Below are positions 27,860-27,876 of a stretch of 27,876 bases of DNA, piece by piece (the first letter of the stretch is position 1; each line of letters begins with the position of its first letter). The stretch comes from Bdellovibrionota bacterium FG-1. Its GTDB lineage: Bacteria; Bdellovibrionota; UBA1018. The stretch is taken from positions 1 through 27,876 of the forward strand of contig JBBCAW010000133.1 of NCBI GenBank assembly GCA_051382295.1. Direction: 5' to 3'. The notes beneath the pieces were generated by a model that did no database searches, had not been told where the DNA came from, and worked only from the letters and a program-made list of their open reading frames with translations. Made by a program: the position numbers and the translations under genes.

Positions 27860-27876
27860 GATGAAGATGAACCTCC
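27853..27876 (-). CDS. C-terminal end of an upstream TPM-domain (YgcG/COG1512-like) protein, partial
   Basis: Minus strand reads GGA GGT TCA TCT TCA TCA TGG TGA = GGSSSSW-stop, the typical Gly/Ser-Trp tail of this family. Overlaps the next start as TGATG. Confidence 0.6.
   Translation of the reverse strand, partial: GGSSSSW

Overview
A 27.9 kb bacterial chromosomal window, mostly on the + strand. Degenerate HD-GYP, PilZ and RCC1-repeat lipoprotein genes suggest a Bdellovibrionota/Oligoflexia-like or related deltaproteobacterial host (inference only). In order it holds: a GT-C glycosyltransferase, GT2, methyltransferase and tryptophanase operon; a pseudo-receiver/HD-GYP, CheY-like and CheC-like signalling trio; a minus-strand AbiEi_2-like plus nucleotidyltransferase pair (type IV toxin-antitoxin / abortive-infection-like) with its own sigma70 promoter; two tandem RCC1-repeat lipoproteins and a membrane-anchored hypothetical protein; a secreted Zn-dependent phospholipase C/S1-P1 family enzyme; gmd, rmd and a polyprenol-phosphate sugar synthase; an unknown lipoprotein; PFOR (nifJ) with a DHOD-like flavoprotein; a Cys-rich LuxR-type regulator; a POT peptide transporter; a dienoyl-CoA reductase-type SDR; a PilZ protein; and TPM-domain genes. 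Reading by hand added two small proteins (48 and 55 aa), a 12-codon uORF, two hairpins that bury ribosome-binding sites and an inverted heptamer array. No rRNA, tRNA, CRISPR array, integrase or transposase was seen. All family calls are from motif recognition, not database searches.
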